Shown piece by piece: positions 19,888 through 31,188 of a DNA stretch of 64,000 nucleotides (position 1 is its first letter; the number at the start of each line of letters is the position of its first letter). This DNA is from an uncultured Planctomycetaceae bacterium (GTDB lineage Bacteria > Planctomycetota > Planctomycetia > Isosphaerales > Isosphaeraceae): contig CAWIAD010000002.1 in NCBI GenBank assembly GCA_963833985.1, positions 416,001 through 480,000 of the forward strand. The letters are read 5' to 3'. The notes below the pieces were generated by a model. It did no database searches. It was not told where the DNA came from and saw only the letters and a program-made list of their open reading frames with translations. The translations under genes and the position numbers were made by a program.

Positions 19888-21084
19888 TCACGACCGGGGC
19901 GGCCTGGGCGAGAGCAGCTTGATCGTACGGTGCATCTGGGCAACGACCTCGGCATCCTGGTCGGCGGCGAGCGATTTGACGGCGTTCACCGCCTCCTCGG
20001 AACGCCTCGACGAGGCCTTCGCGAGGTTCGCCGCCGCCATGATGCGCACTCCCGGGTCTTCATCCTTGAGCGCCCGCAGCAGGGCCTGGAAACCAGCGTC
20101 GCTGTTTGGGCTCAGGCCGAAGACCGCCGCGAACCGCTGCGCCGGGTCCTTGCTCTGTGCGGCAGCAAGGGCCGGAAACTCCTTCGACTTGACGATCTTT
20201 TCCAGGGAAAGCTCCGCCCCTTCCTGGAGCTGCCTCTGCCCGGACAGGTAAGCCTTGTAGATCAGCGGGCAGGAAGCCGCGTGATCCTCGGGGAAGTTGC
20301 CCAGCGCCGTGATGGCCCTGGCCTGGACATAGAGATCGGGATCCGCGGCAAGCTTGCTCAGCGCGGCCAACGCACCGGGCGCCTCGGGGCCGATCTCGCC
20401 CAGCAGCCGGGCCACGTCGCTACGAACTTCGGAAACGGGATCGCCGGCCAGGTCCACGAGCTTTTTCTGGACCGCGGGATCGTGTGGACCAATTCGGCCC
20501 AGGGCCACGATTGCGCCGGCGCGCGCGTGATCGCGCTGGGTCCGTGCAATGAATTCCTGCGCGGCCTCCGGAGTGGCCGCGGGGGTTGCAGGCTCTGATC
20601 CGGGATGGTCCGATGCGGGCTCGGGTGTAGCGGCCTGGATGAGCGCCGGAAGGGCCTGTTTCGGGTCGACATTGAGTGCGGGCAAGGTTCCCGCGGCCAT
20701 GGCCCGCACGCGCGGTTCGGCATCCGCAAGGGCCCCGATCAGGGCTGCTGCCGCCTCTGCAAGATGCGGATCGTCGGGCTTGACGACATGCAGACTACCC
20801 ACGGCTGCCAGGCGAACCTCCGGATCACGATCGCGCACCGCGCCGACGAGCGCCGGGACGACGCGGTCGGCCTCCCGATCAGCCTGCCGCGCCAGTTCCA
20901 CCACGGCAGTCCTGCGCTCGGATGTCGAGCCGTCCTGGAGGTTGCGAAGCTGGCTGGCGACCGGATCCGAGGTATTGCCGGCGCGACGGATCGGCAAGAA
21001 GGCGTAGATCAGCAACAGGATCAGGCCCAGAAGCCAGAGCAGCTCTCGAAGGCCCACCCGGGGCTTTTTCCAGTCCCACTGCAT
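19888..21084 (-). CDS. Membrane-anchored HEAT-repeat protein
   Basis: N-terminal TM helix; repeats DRDPEVRLAAV, DAEPRVRAMAA, DEDPGVRIMAA. Confidence 0.85.
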   Translation of the reverse strand: MQWDWKKPRVGLRELLWLLGLILLLIYAFLPIRRAGNTSDPVASQLRNLQDGSTSERRTAVVELARQADREADRVVPALVGAVRDRDPEVRLAAVGSLHVVKPDDPHLAEAAAALIGALADAEPRVRAMAAGTLPALNVDPKQALPALIQAATPEPASDHPGSEPATPAATPEAAQEFIARTQRDHARAGAIVALGRIGPHDPAVQKKLVDLAGDPVSEVRSDVARLLGEIGPEAPGALAALSKLAADPDLYVQARAITALGNFPEDHAASCPLIYKAYLSGQRQLQEGAELSLEKIVKSKEFPALAAAQSKDPAQRFAAVFGLSPNSDAGFQALLRALKDEDPGVRIMAAANLAKASSRRSEEAVNAVKSLAADQDAEVVAQMHRTIKLLSPRPPRS

Positions 21085-21152
21085 CGCTCACCCCGGATTG
21101 CAAAACGGCCTGCCGGCGAAGCAACGCCGGTCTTTCCAGGAAAACCCGATGG

Positions 21153-21764
21153 CTACTTCGAGGCTGTCTCCGATGGCTGGTCGAGGTCAATGGTCAGGTG
21201 ACAGGGTCCATCAATCGTGCGGACGATCGGCGAGCTCTCCGGTCCGAACTGGTTCTTGAGGAGATCCTCATCCCGGTTGGGTGCGTTCTGGCGCTTTCCG
21301 ACCTTGGCTCCGTCCGTTGGTTTGAGGGTACCCGTCTTGTGCTTGCGAATGACCGCAATCCGGTACTTACCCGCCGGGATGCCGTGACCCTCGAGGCCGG
21401 GCACCTCGTAGGTCGCCTCGCTCTTGAGGCGTGCCATGTACGGCTGATGCTCGAAATTCTCGCCGGGAACCGAGCTTTTCCGTTCCATTCCATAGAAGGT
21501 CACCTGAACGCTCTGGTTCTCAGGAGCGACGAAGGGCTGACCTCCCTTGACAAGATCGACTGTCACCCAGACTGCATCGGAGGAGCCGCAGCCGGGTAAA
21601 ACCAGGACCAGACAGCAGACTCCGGACATCAGACAGAGAGGGCCACGCACGTTAAGGCTCCCAGGGTGCAGAGAGGCCGGTGAAGGCTCGTGGCAGGGCG
21701 AGCCTGCACCGGGTGTGGAAGCGATCCAGTTCATCAGCTCGACGACGAGCTGATCGAGTTTCAC
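21153..21764 (-). CDS. Putative lipoprotein (carboxypeptidase-regulatory-like fold), partner of DUF1559; start may be 21629
   Basis: Lipobox LPGC; GIPAGKYRIAV motif; directly downstream of a DUF1559 gene. Confidence 0.65.
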   Translation of the reverse strand: MKLDQLVVELMNWIASTPGAGSPCHEPSPASLHPGSLNVRGPLCLMSGVCCLVLVLPGCGSSDAVWVTVDLVKGGQPFVAPENQSVQVTFYGMERKSSVPGENFEHQPYMARLKSEATYEVPGLEGHGIPAGKYRIAVIRKHKTGTLKPTDGAKVGKRQNAPNRDEDLLKNQFGPESSPIVRTIDGPCHLTIDLDQPSETASK

Positions 21765-21767
21765 GCG

Positions 21768-22982
21768 TCAATACTGATCTGCGCTGATGATCCGCCCATC
21801 GTTACTGACAATCAGGGAGAACCAGGTGACATTGGAGATCGAGTTTTTGATAAAGCGGACGCTGCCATCTCCGAGCCCAATGTTCACGCCGCCCGGGTGC
21901 AGGCTGCGTGCCTGCCCGCCGCTGTTGTTCAGGCCGTCTCCCTGTCCCTGGTGATCCGGAGAGCTGGTGTTGCAGGGCATGCCCAGCGCAGCCAGGTTCG
22001 GTACGCGGGCCCACGTGGAGAGGCAGGTCTGAAGCTCGTCACCACCGTCGTCAGATCCCGGAGGAGGACCGGCCCAGTTCATGCTATTGGGAGTGGGGTT
22101 GTAGGAACGGGTTTCACAGCAGAAGCTGGCTCCGGAAAAGCCCATTGCCCAGGTTCCCCGGATATCGATCGTGGAGATTCCACTCCGCATCTCGGCGAAG
22201 AACGCGGTGTTGGTCGTACCATCCGTCACCGCGGCATAGGAGACGCCGAAGTTCACTCCCATCACACCGCGCTTGGAACTCGGAGGAAACGGGGCGTTGT
22301 TGTTCCCCTCCACGCCGTTGACCGTGTGGTCGCTGTCCGTGCCGCCCTCGACCGCGCCATAGTTCCCGCGGGCCCAGTTCATGAGCAGCACACCGCTCCG
22401 CGGATCGTTCGGAAGCGTCCCCGACAGATACTGATCGTTCGCATCCGAGGCACTGCCCAGAAAGTTGTTTGCCGTGTCGTTGTAGCCGTCGGAGGGACAG
22501 ACAAAGACATTCAGCCGCGTGGCGCGAAGCGTCGAGTTCGCCCAGTCCATGTTGTACAGGTTGTTGTTCGGGATCTGTACGCCGTCGGGCGACATGTACG
22601 GCCCGTTGAAGCCCGGATAGCCGTTGACGTTCGATGCGTTGTAGAGCGTCTGCTGTTCCAGGAACGGCAGAAGCTGTACGGCCCAGTTCGGGCCGAAGGG
22701 ATGGTAGAAGTCGCTGACCGTGTAGTCGCCGGCCGTCTGGTTGTTCAGGCCCAGGGCCCACGGCTCGTACACACCCATCGGCAGCTTGTTGTTCACCGAC
22801 ACGAAGTTGGCAGCCGCCAGACCGAGCTGCTTCAGGTTGTTGACGCATTGCGCCCGCCGGGCTGCCTCGCGGGCGGACTGAACCGCGGGCAAAAGCAGTG
22901 AGATCAAGACCGCGATGATGGCGATGACCACCAGCAGTTCAATCAGGGTGAATCCACGTCGATTCTTCGGTCCGAGAGCCAT
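21768..22982 (-). CDS. DUF1559 prepilin-type N-terminal cleavage/methylation protein (H-X9-DG)
   Basis: [58 protein letters not shown]. Confidence 0.95.
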   Translation of the reverse strand: MALGPKNRRGFTLIELLVVIAIIAVLISLLLPAVQSAREAARRAQCVNNLKQLGLAAANFVSVNNKLPMGVYEPWALGLNNQTAGDYTVSDFYHPFGPNWAVQLLPFLEQQTLYNASNVNGYPGFNGPYMSPDGVQIPNNNLYNMDWANSTLRATRLNVFVCPSDGYNDTANNFLGSASDANDQYLSGTLPNDPRSGVLLMNWARGNYGAVEGGTDSDHTVNGVEGNNNAPFPPSSKRGVMGVNFGVSYAAVTDGTTNTAFFAEMRSGISTIDIRGTWAMGFSGASFCCETRSYNPTPNSMNWAGPPPGSDDGGDELQTCLSTWARVPNLAALGMPCNTSSPDHQGQGDGLNNSGGQARSLHPGGVNIGLGDGSVRFIKNSISNVTWFSLIVSNDGRIISADQY

Positions 22983-23242
22983 GGTGCGTTCTCCATGTGT
23001 TGCGTTCAAAGTGTAAATCAGTCAGCATGCGGCTCATCTTGAACGCTCCGTCATTTTGTATGCTGCAAATGCAAAACGCAATAGCAAATCTGATGATGTT
23101 TACATTATGATATTGTTAAGAAAAAGCATACGCCTTGTGTAGAGCCCGTGATGAATCTTTGAAGGCAGTGCCCTTTCCGACGCATCGACAGCTCCAGAAT
23201 GTTTAGTCTCTGGAATCTTGCATTGATTATAGATCTTGATGG

Positions 23243-24787
23243 TTACAGGACTTGCAGCGCGGCCGCGGCTGGCCGGGAGGCCCGGTCTGGAAGAAGTCGA
23301 TTCGAGCCGCCCGGACCTCCCGAGATCTGGCAAGGTCGATTCTGACGCATGTCGTCACTCGCGCGGCGATTTCGAGTAGGGCCGGTTCGCGACTTCAGGG
23401 GTCGGGGCCGCGCAGGGTGCACGGCCGAACGATCCGGAGCGGCCTGTTCCAGCGTGCACGAAATGAGGGCAGGCGCCCCGATCGCCAGCAGCAGATCGGC
23501 CTGGGCCTGGCTGGCCGCCCAGAGCGCATCAAGCTCGGTGTTCTTCAGCTGCATCACCCGTTGCTGGGCCTGCAAGAGTTTCGTCACGTCCGTCTGGCCC
23601 TGCTGGAAGAGATCTTCGACCTGCCTGGCGACTTGTGTCAGACCCGCGGAAAGACTGCGGGTTCGCTCCACAAGCTGAACGGCGTTGTTCCATTTCCCCA
23701 GAGTGGCCCGCACCTGAGCAACGGCGCGCTGCTGGGCCTGGCGCAGGGCCTGATGCGCCCGGCAGTGGTCGGCCTCACGCTGGCGGAGCAGGGGCCCCCC
23801 GCTGTTCATGACGGGAATCGGCGTGACGTAGATGAACCCGATATATTGCAGGCCCGCTTCGTCGATCTCGTACTGCGGGCCGACGATCGGTGTGGGGATC
23901 CGGTCGGCCCGCGCCAGGTTCTCGGCCGCCTTGGTTCCGGCCACCTGAGATTTCACGGCCTGGATGTCCGGCCGGTACGCCAGGGCCGTCTGGATCAGCT
24001 CGTCCTCGCCGACGGGGGGGATGCAGCTGGGCAAGGCGAACGGCCCGGCTGGCTCGGCTGTGCTCAGCTCTGAGATCCCCAGCTGGTTCCGCAGATCGGC
24101 CAGTGCAACCACGTAGTCCTGTTGCGCCGCCCTGGACAGTTGCCTGACGGCCCGGCTCTCGACCCGGGCGAGGATGACCTCCGCCGGGGCCACCAGGTTC
24201 GCCTCCAGGCGGCTCTGAAGCGAGGCCAGGATCCTGCCATTGAAGTCGGCGAGCCTCCGGGCCAGCGCCAGCTTCTCGCGGCGGTACACGGCGGTCTGAT
24301 AAAAACGGTAGGTCTGGACGAGCGCCGCGAGCTCGGCCTGGCGCACCGTCCAGCGCTGCTGTTCGTAGGCCGCCTGGGCAATGTGGTAACGGTGCGTCGT
24401 CTGGTGTCCCAGCTCGACCGGCTGCCGCAAGGAGAGGTAGATGTATTGCTGCCCCCAGTGGTAATAGGGCCCATGGTTGACGGCCCCACCGGGCCCACTG
24501 AAGGGCTCGAAGGGAATCAGGATCATCGGCCGGTAGTCGATCCAGAGTGTCGGGTTGAGCGTGATCGGGAAATGCCGCGCCACCTCCACGGACTCGAGCG
24601 ACGGAGTCGTGGGAGTGCCCAGCCGCAGGATGTTCAGGTCGGGGTTGGAGCTGAGCGTCCCCTGAAGTGCCGCCTGGAGGCTCAGCGGAGGTGCACTGAT
24701 CGCATCCGGAGCGCTGGCGAGCACTGGACCGGCCGCACCGGAACCCAGGGCCTGAGCCAGCACGGCAAGAATGAGCATGTGTCGCAT
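23243..24787 (-). CDS. TolC-family outer-membrane efflux protein
   Basis: Signal peptide; LSLQAAL..NPDL, ALAYRPDI and GQTDVTKLLQAQ helical repeats; divergent from the RND genes. Confidence 0.8.
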   Translation of the reverse strand: MRHMLILAVLAQALGSGAAGPVLASAPDAISAPPLSLQAALQGTLSSNPDLNILRLGTPTTPSLESVEVARHFPITLNPTLWIDYRPMILIPFEPFSGPGGAVNHGPYYHWGQQYIYLSLRQPVELGHQTTHRYHIAQAAYEQQRWTVRQAELAALVQTYRFYQTAVYRREKLALARRLADFNGRILASLQSRLEANLVAPAEVILARVESRAVRQLSRAAQQDYVVALADLRNQLGISELSTAEPAGPFALPSCIPPVGEDELIQTALAYRPDIQAVKSQVAGTKAAENLARADRIPTPIVGPQYEIDEAGLQYIGFIYVTPIPVMNSGGPLLRQREADHCRAHQALRQAQQRAVAQVRATLGKWNNAVQLVERTRSLSAGLTQVARQVEDLFQQGQTDVTKLLQAQQRVMQLKNTELDALWAASQAQADLLLAIGAPALISCTLEQAAPDRSAVHPARPRPLKSRTGPTRNRRASDDMRQNRPCQISGGPGGSNRLLPDRASRPAAAALQVL

Positions 24788-25144
24788 GAATCTGGCATCC
24801 TGCGTGGTTCGCGACGCTCGAGGCCCCCGACCCTCCGGGTCGCACGCCTGATCCGTGCCTGAGGCGCGGTCCGGAATTTTTCGTTCCGGCTCTCTGCTCT
24901 CATCGGCCCCTTGTGGCGCCAGGCTGTGCCTCGTTTGCCGGATCTGAGCCCCGGAGAGCCGGTTCCAGCCGAGCAATCCGCATCGCCGGATCATCTTCAG
25001 GTCCGGGCGCGACCGCAGGCGACGAAATCTAAGGAAGAACTTAAATTCGCGGGCCTTATGGCGCACTCGCTCCTGCGGGTATGTTAATTCTCTAGGGTGC
25101 AATTTGCCTTTTGTTCAGATGCAGCGGAACAAGGACGCACAGGT

Positions 25145-26626
25145 ATGATCGGGCGCTGGTGGATGCTCGCGGGATTGCTCTGTCTCGGTCTTGCCGGCTG
25201 CCACCCGGAGGGCCAGTCCGAGGAGGCGAAGGACGAGCACGCCGGCGACGGTGAAGCCCACGTGACGGTCCAGGTCGAGCCGGCCCGCAAGGGGACGATG
25301 GTCGAGGCCGTGGAAGGTCTGGGACGGAGCGACGCCCTGCCTTCCAAGCTGGCGATGCTCACACCGGCGGTCGAGGGGCATGTCCACGAGCTGGTCGTGA
25401 AGCTGGGAGACGCCGTCACCAAGGGCCAGCCAATCGTCGAGCTGGACAAGTCCGTGGCCCTGGCCGACCTCGCCGAGAAGACCGCCACTCGCGACGGGCT
25501 GAAGGCCTCGCTGGCCCTGCTGAAATCGATTCCCCGTCCCCAGGAGCGGCGGTCGAACGAGCTGGCCGTGGAGCAGGCGAAGGTGGGCCTGGAGCGCGCC
25601 AGGGCAGCCGCCGACCGGCTGCGGCCGCTCTTCGCCCAGCATGAGGTCTCCGAGCAGCAGGTCTTCGAGGCCGACCTGGCGGTCACCTCCGCGCGGCTGC
25701 TTCAGCAAACGGCCGAGGCCCAGCTCCAGGTCATGGTGATCGGACCGCGGCCAGAGGCCGTCACCGAGGCGGAAGCCAGGATCCAGGTGGCCGAGGGCGC
25801 GGTCGCGTTCTCCAAGGCCCATCTCGACCTGCATACCATCCGTGCCCCCATCGACGGCGTGCTCGACAGCCTGGGCTGCCATCCCGGGCAGACGATCGCC
25901 ATCGGCACGCCAATTGGCGAGGTCATCGATACCCGGCAGGTGCACGTCTCGGTCTACCTCCCGGCCCGGTCGGCGCAGCTCGTCCGCGTGGGCCAGAAAG
26001 CCCGCGTGCGGGTCGTCGAATCGCACAGTGGTTCGTCGGAGGTCTCGGCCAGCCTGGAGGAAGGGCTCGAGGGCAAGGTCGATTTCGTGGGCCGGCTGGC
26101 GGACGCGCAGACGGGCAACCTGCCTGTTCTGATCCTGGTTGACAACCCCGACGGGCGGATCAGCATCGGCCAGACCATGGGGGTGACCATCGCCGTGAGC
26201 GAGCAGCAGGACGTGCTCGAGGTTCCCTCTGCCGCGGTCATCGACCAGGGCGAAGGTCCAGTGCTGACCGTCGTCCGCGACGGCAAGTCCGTGGCCCTGC
26301 ATCCCGAGCTCGGCCGTTCCCAGGGCGGCTGGGTGGCCGTCTCCCAGACGGACCTCAAGGAAGGAGAACCGGTCATCGTGGATGGCGGCTACAACCTGCC
26401 AGAGGGAACGGCCGTCAAGACCGAGGACGCCCGGGCCAAGACCGAGGAGAAGGGCGAAAACGACGAGGGAAAGGAGGCAAAACATGACGACAAGGAAGAG
26501 AATGCCGAAGGTAAGGACGGCAAGGTGGAACCCCCCGCTCGGAAGGCCGAAGCGAACGAAGGAAAAGCCGAAACCGCTCCGGTGAAGCCAGAGACGGCCA
26601 GGCCCGCCGCGGAGCACGAGGAATGA
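25145..26626 (+). CDS. RND efflux periplasmic adaptor subunit
   Basis: Lipobox LAGC; VKLGDAVTKGQPIVELD and IRAPIDG lipoyl half-motifs; charged C-terminal tail. Confidence 0.9.
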   Translation: MIGRWWMLAGLLCLGLAGCHPEGQSEEAKDEHAGDGEAHVTVQVEPARKGTMVEAVEGLGRSDALPSKLAMLTPAVEGHVHELVVKLGDAVTKGQPIVELDKSVALADLAEKTATRDGLKASLALLKSIPRPQERRSNELAVEQAKVGLERARAAADRLRPLFAQHEVSEQQVFEADLAVTSARLLQQTAEAQLQVMVIGPRPEAVTEAEARIQVAEGAVAFSKAHLDLHTIRAPIDGVLDSLGCHPGQTIAIGTPIGEVIDTRQVHVSVYLPARSAQLVRVGQKARVRVVESHSGSSEVSASLEEGLEGKVDFVGRLADAQTGNLPVLILVDNPDGRISIGQTMGVTIAVSEQQDVLEVPSAAVIDQGEGPVLTVVRDGKSVALHPELGRSQGGWVAVSQTDLKEGEPVIVDGGYNLPEGTAVKTEDARAKTEEKGENDEGKEAKHDDKEENAEGKDGKVEPPARKAEANEGKAETAPVKPETARPAAEHEE

Positions 26627-29600
26627 GCGTCGCAGCGACTCCCGAGACAGAAACCCACGCCGTATCCGAGACCGCTGAGAGCGGTCGCGGCATGAACCTG
26701 GTCGCGCTGGCCCGGCCCTTTTTCGGGCTCATCGTCCTGACCACCGTACTGCTCTCGGCCTTCGGGCTGTACGCGATGTTCCGGATGCCCAGCGGCATCT
26801 ATCCGGAGGTGGCCTTCCCGCGCATCGTGGTCATCGTCCAGGCGCCCGGTCTGGCAGTGAAGGATGTCGAGGTGGCCGTCACCCGGCCCATCGAGGAAGC
26901 CGTGAGCATCGTGCTGGGCGTGATCCAGGTGCGCTCGAAGACGGTGCGCGGCGCCGCGGAGCTGTCGATCGACTTCGCTCCCGGCACCGACATGATCCAG
27001 GCGCTCAACGACATTCGCGCCCGCATGGCCGAGGTGGGCTCGCAACTGCCCCCGGGTACGAGCACCATCACCGAGCGGCAAACGCCCTCGGTCTTTCCCA
27101 TCATCTCCTTCGTCGTCAGCGGTGGCCGCGACCCCTCCGCGCTGCATGACTATGCCTATTTCGACCTTCGGCCGCGGATCAGCCGATTGCCCGATGTCTC
27201 CTACGTGACGGTTCAAGGTGGCGATATCCGCGAGATCCTGGTGGAGGTCGATCCCCAGGCGCTGGTCGCTGCGGGGCTGTCGATCGCCGACGTCGCCGAC
27301 CGGCTGGGCAAGGAGCACCGGCTCAAGGCGGTGGGCCGGCTTGATCGCGAGGTCCTCCAGTACCAGGTGCTGGCCGACACCCAGGCCACCGATCCGATGG
27401 AGCTGGAGAACCGCGTCATCGTCAGCAAGAATGGCCAGTCGATCCGGCTCCGCGACCTCGGCCGCGTCACCATCTGGCACGAGGATCGCACGATGGTGAT
27501 CCGCTCGGGCGGAAAGGACGCCGTGGCGCTGACCGTCTTCCGCCGGCTTGGCGGCAATGCTCTGGAAGTCTCTCGCCAGCTCGACGCCGTCCTGGCCGAC
27601 GCCGTGAAGTCCGCCCCGCCCGGCGTGACCATCCGCCCGGTCTACGACCAGGGACTGCTCGTGAAGACGGCCATCGCCAACGTCCGCGACGCCATCGTCA
27701 TCGGCGGAGCGTTCAGCGTGTTCATCCTGCTCATGTTTCTCAAGAGCCTGCGGGCCACGGCCATCGCGGCGTTGTCAATTCCCCTCAGCCTCGTGATCAG
27801 CTTCGTCTTCCTGTATCTCACGGGCGATACGCTTAACCTGATGTCGCTCGGTGGACTGGCCGTGGCCATCGGCCTGATCATCGACGACACGGTCGTCGTC
27901 ATCGAGAACATCGCGCGGCACCTGGCGGAAGGCCAGACCGGCGACGAGGCCGTGGACCGGGCCAGCAAGGAGATCTCCGGAGCGGTGATCGGCTCGACGC
28001 TGACCACCATCCTCGTCTTCTTGCCGCTGGCGTTCGTGCGCGGCGTCGTCGGCCAGTTTTTCCAGTCGCTGAGCATTTCGCTGACCATCGCACTGTTGGT
28101 CTCGATGGTCGTGAGCCTCACGGTCATTCCGGTCCTGGCGGCACGGTTCCTGGGTCGTCGTTCGATGCCGACGACCGGTCCAATCTATAACCGGCTCGCG
28201 GACGTTTACGAGCGGGCCCTGAGGTTCGGACTCCGCTTCCCGAAGACGACCATGCTGCTGGCGCTGCTGGCGGTGGTCCCGGGCTGGCTGCTGGTGCGCG
28301 GCCTGAAGTTTCAGATCGGAAAAGACGTTGTGGAGATCCACGGGCTGGAGACGGGCTTCATGCCCGACATGGACGAGGGTGCCTTCGTCCTGGACTACAA
28401 CATGCCCGTCGGGACCTCGCTGGCCCAGACCGACAGGGTCCTCCGCCGCGTGGAAGACGTCCTGCTCGCGACTCCCGACGTCGAGGGCTACATCCGCCGC
28501 ACCGGCGCGGAGCTGGGCTTCTTCGCCACGGAGAGCTATACCGGCGACATCCTCGTCAGCCTGAAGCCCCCTGGCCAGCGCCGCCCGGTGAGCGACATCT
28601 TCGACGCGCTTCGTGAGCAGCTCAAGGAAGAGGTCCCCGAGCTGGAGACGGAGTTTGTCCCGCTGATCCAGGACCAGATCAACGACCTGGCGGGGGTCCA
28701 GACCCCGATCGAGGTCAAGGTCTTCGGCCCCGACCCGGTCAAGCTGCGCGCACTGGCCGAGCAGGTCGGCAAGATCGTCGAGAAAGTCGAGGGCGCCGCC
28801 GACGTCAACTCGCACGTCCTGCTGGGCAACCCGGACATCGTGGTTCGCCCGGACAGCGTGCAAACGGCACGTGTCGGCTTGACCGAGCTCGACGTCGAGA
28901 GCCAGCTCACCGCTGCCCTCTACGGCCAGGTGGCCAGCACGATCCCGGAGCAGGACCGGATGACGAAGATCCGCGTCCGCTACCCCGATCGTGTCCGCTA
29001 CAACCGGGACAGCCTCGGCAGACTGCCCATCAGCCTGGCCATGGCCACTCCGCCGCCGGCTCCGGCCGGCCTCAGCTCGGCCGGGACCACATCCGCCGGA
29101 GTTGGCTTCGTCCCGCTCGAGCAGCTCGCGTCGATCAACGTCGTGCGCAGCCCCAACGAGCTCTGCGCGAGAACCAGCAGCCGGTCATCACCGTCAGCGC
29201 CGAGCTGGAGCATGGCGATCTCGGCAGGATCAACACCGCGCTTCACGAGAAGCTCTCGGAATTGAAGTTCCCACCCGGCTACCGCTGGGAGCTGGCCGGG
29301 TCGTATCGTGCCCAGCAGGAATCCTTCCAGAGCCTCCTGGTCGTCCTCATCGTGGCGTCGGCGCTGGTGTTCCTCGTGCTGGGATTCCAGTTCCGGAGCG
29401 TGGTCCTGCCAATCCGGCTCTTCCTGGTGCAGCCCATCTCCCTGGTCAGCGCCATGTTCGCGCTCTGGATCACCGGCACGCCACTGAACGTGTCCTCTTT
29501 CATGGGGGCGATTCTCCTGATCGGCCTGGACGTGAAGAACGAGATCATCCTGATCGAGTACATCGGCCAGCTTCGTGAACAGGGGATGCCGCTTCATGCG

Positions 29601-29828
29601 GCCCTGCTCAAGGCCGGCCGGACGCGGTTCCGTCCCATCCTGATGACCAGCCTGTGCACGATCCTCGGCCTCGTCCCGCTGGCGATGGGCTTTGGCCCGG
29701 GCGCCCAGATGCAGCAGCCTCTGGCCATCGCCGTCATCGGCGGCCTGATCACCAACATGCTGCTCACGCGGCTGCTTATCCCCGTCGGCTACCTCGTTCT
29801 CAAGGGAGGTTCCGCGGCCGCGGAATGA
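26623..29828 (+). CDS. RND efflux permease (AcrB/CusA-CzcA family), frameshift near 29165
   Basis: SIPLS, GLIIDDTVVVIEN, FMPDMDEG; C-terminal part in ORF 29262-29828 (RFRPILMTS, PLAIAVIGG). Confidence 0.9.
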
Positions 29829-29950
29829 GCGGAACGGCGGAACGGACCGACTGCCAAGTGCGCTCTCTGGTACCCGGTGCGCCACGTTATAATGAATCCG
29901 ATCGGCCACCGCGACCAGAAAGCACATTCTCCCGGAGAAGGGGTTTCCGC

Positions 29951-31096
29951 ATGAGCCGCCGCTTGAGCACTCGCCGACGTTTCCTGGGGCAGACCGCGAT
30001 CGGGATGGGAGCAATCCAGGTGCTCACCGTGCGTCCACCCTGGGTACGCGCAGGGCAGGCGGCAGCGGCAGGTCCTGTGGCCCCGCTCATCGATCGCGGC
30101 GTGAAGTTTCTGCGCACCCGGCAGGACGCCAAGGGCTGCTGGTCCACCCAGCGCGAGCCCGGGATCACCGCCCTGGCCGTCACGGCCTTGTTGCGCTCCG
30201 GTGAAGTCCCTCCCGGCGACCCGGCCGTTACCCGAGCCTTCGCGTACCTGGAAGGCTTCATCGGTCCCAAGGGCGGCCTCTCCGAAGCGCCTCATGCCAA
30301 CTACTCGACCTCGATCGCGCTCATGGCGTTCGAGCAAGCAAATACCAACGGGCGCTATTCCCGCCAGATCAAGGCCGGGCAGGATTTCCTCAAATCCATG
30401 CAGTGGGACGAGGGCGAGGGGAAAGCACGCGAGGACGCCTTCTACGGCGGCGCGGGGTACGGCGGCAGCAATAGCCGGCCCGACCTGTCGAACACCGCGT
30501 TCTTCATGGAAGCCCTGCACGACACGGGCCTACCGGCGAACGACCCGAACTTGCAAAAGGCCCTCGTCTTCGTTTCGCGCTGCCAGAACCTTCAGAGTGA
30601 GTTCAACGACCAGCCGTGGGCGGGCAAGGTGAATGACGGCGGATTCGTTTACACCGCAGCGCAGGGTGGCACGAGCATGGCCGGCAAGGAAGCGGGCGGC
30701 GGCCTGCGCTCTTATGCCAGCATGACCTACGCCGGGCTCAAGAGCATGATCTACGCCGGCCTCACGCGCGACGACCCTCGCGTGAAAGCCGCTCTCAGCT
30801 ACATCAGCCGGCATTACTCGCTGGACGAGAACCCCGGCCTCGGCCAGCAGGGTCTCTACTACTACTACCATACCTTCGCCAAGACGATGTCCGCGCTGGA
30901 CGCGCCGACAATCACCGACGCCTCGGGTGCATCGCACGACTGGCGCGCCGAGCTGATCGCGGCCCTGGCGAAACGACAGAATGCGGACGGTAGCTGGGTC
31001 AACTCGGCCGACCGGTTCATGGAAGGCGATTCCAACCTGGTGACGGCCTACGCCCTCCTGGCGCTGGCATACGCGCGGATGAAGACCGGACGATAG
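29951..31096 (+). CDS. Prenyltransferase/squalene-oxidase repeat protein with a Tat signal
   Basis: TRRRFLG twin-arginine motif; QW-like repeats QDAKGCW and QNADGSW; DLSNTAF. Confidence 0.8.
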   Translation: MSRRLSTRRRFLGQTAIGMGAIQVLTVRPPWVRAGQAAAAGPVAPLIDRGVKFLRTRQDAKGCWSTQREPGITALAVTALLRSGEVPPGDPAVTRAFAYLEGFIGPKGGLSEAPHANYSTSIALMAFEQANTNGRYSRQIKAGQDFLKSMQWDEGEGKAREDAFYGGAGYGGSNSRPDLSNTAFFMEALHDTGLPANDPNLQKALVFVSRCQNLQSEFNDQPWAGKVNDGGFVYTAAQGGTSMAGKEAGGGLRSYASMTYAGLKSMIYAGLTRDDPRVKAALSYISRHYSLDENPGLGQQGLYYYYHTFAKTMSALDAPTITDASGASHDWRAELIAALAKRQNADGSWVNSADRFMEGDSNLVTAYALLALAYARMKTGR

Positions 31097-31188
31097 CGTC
31101 CGGCGCCCTGGCTGTCTGAACAGAAAAACAGCTGTCGGCGCGCGGTCCGGGGCGGGCGTACCAGGCAGGGGAATGCGCCTCTGCTAGA

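Noticed and set aside
29860..29895. TATAAT upstream of the prenyltransferase-repeat gene
   Set aside because: There is no convincing -35 or extended -10 element, so it was not listed as a feature.
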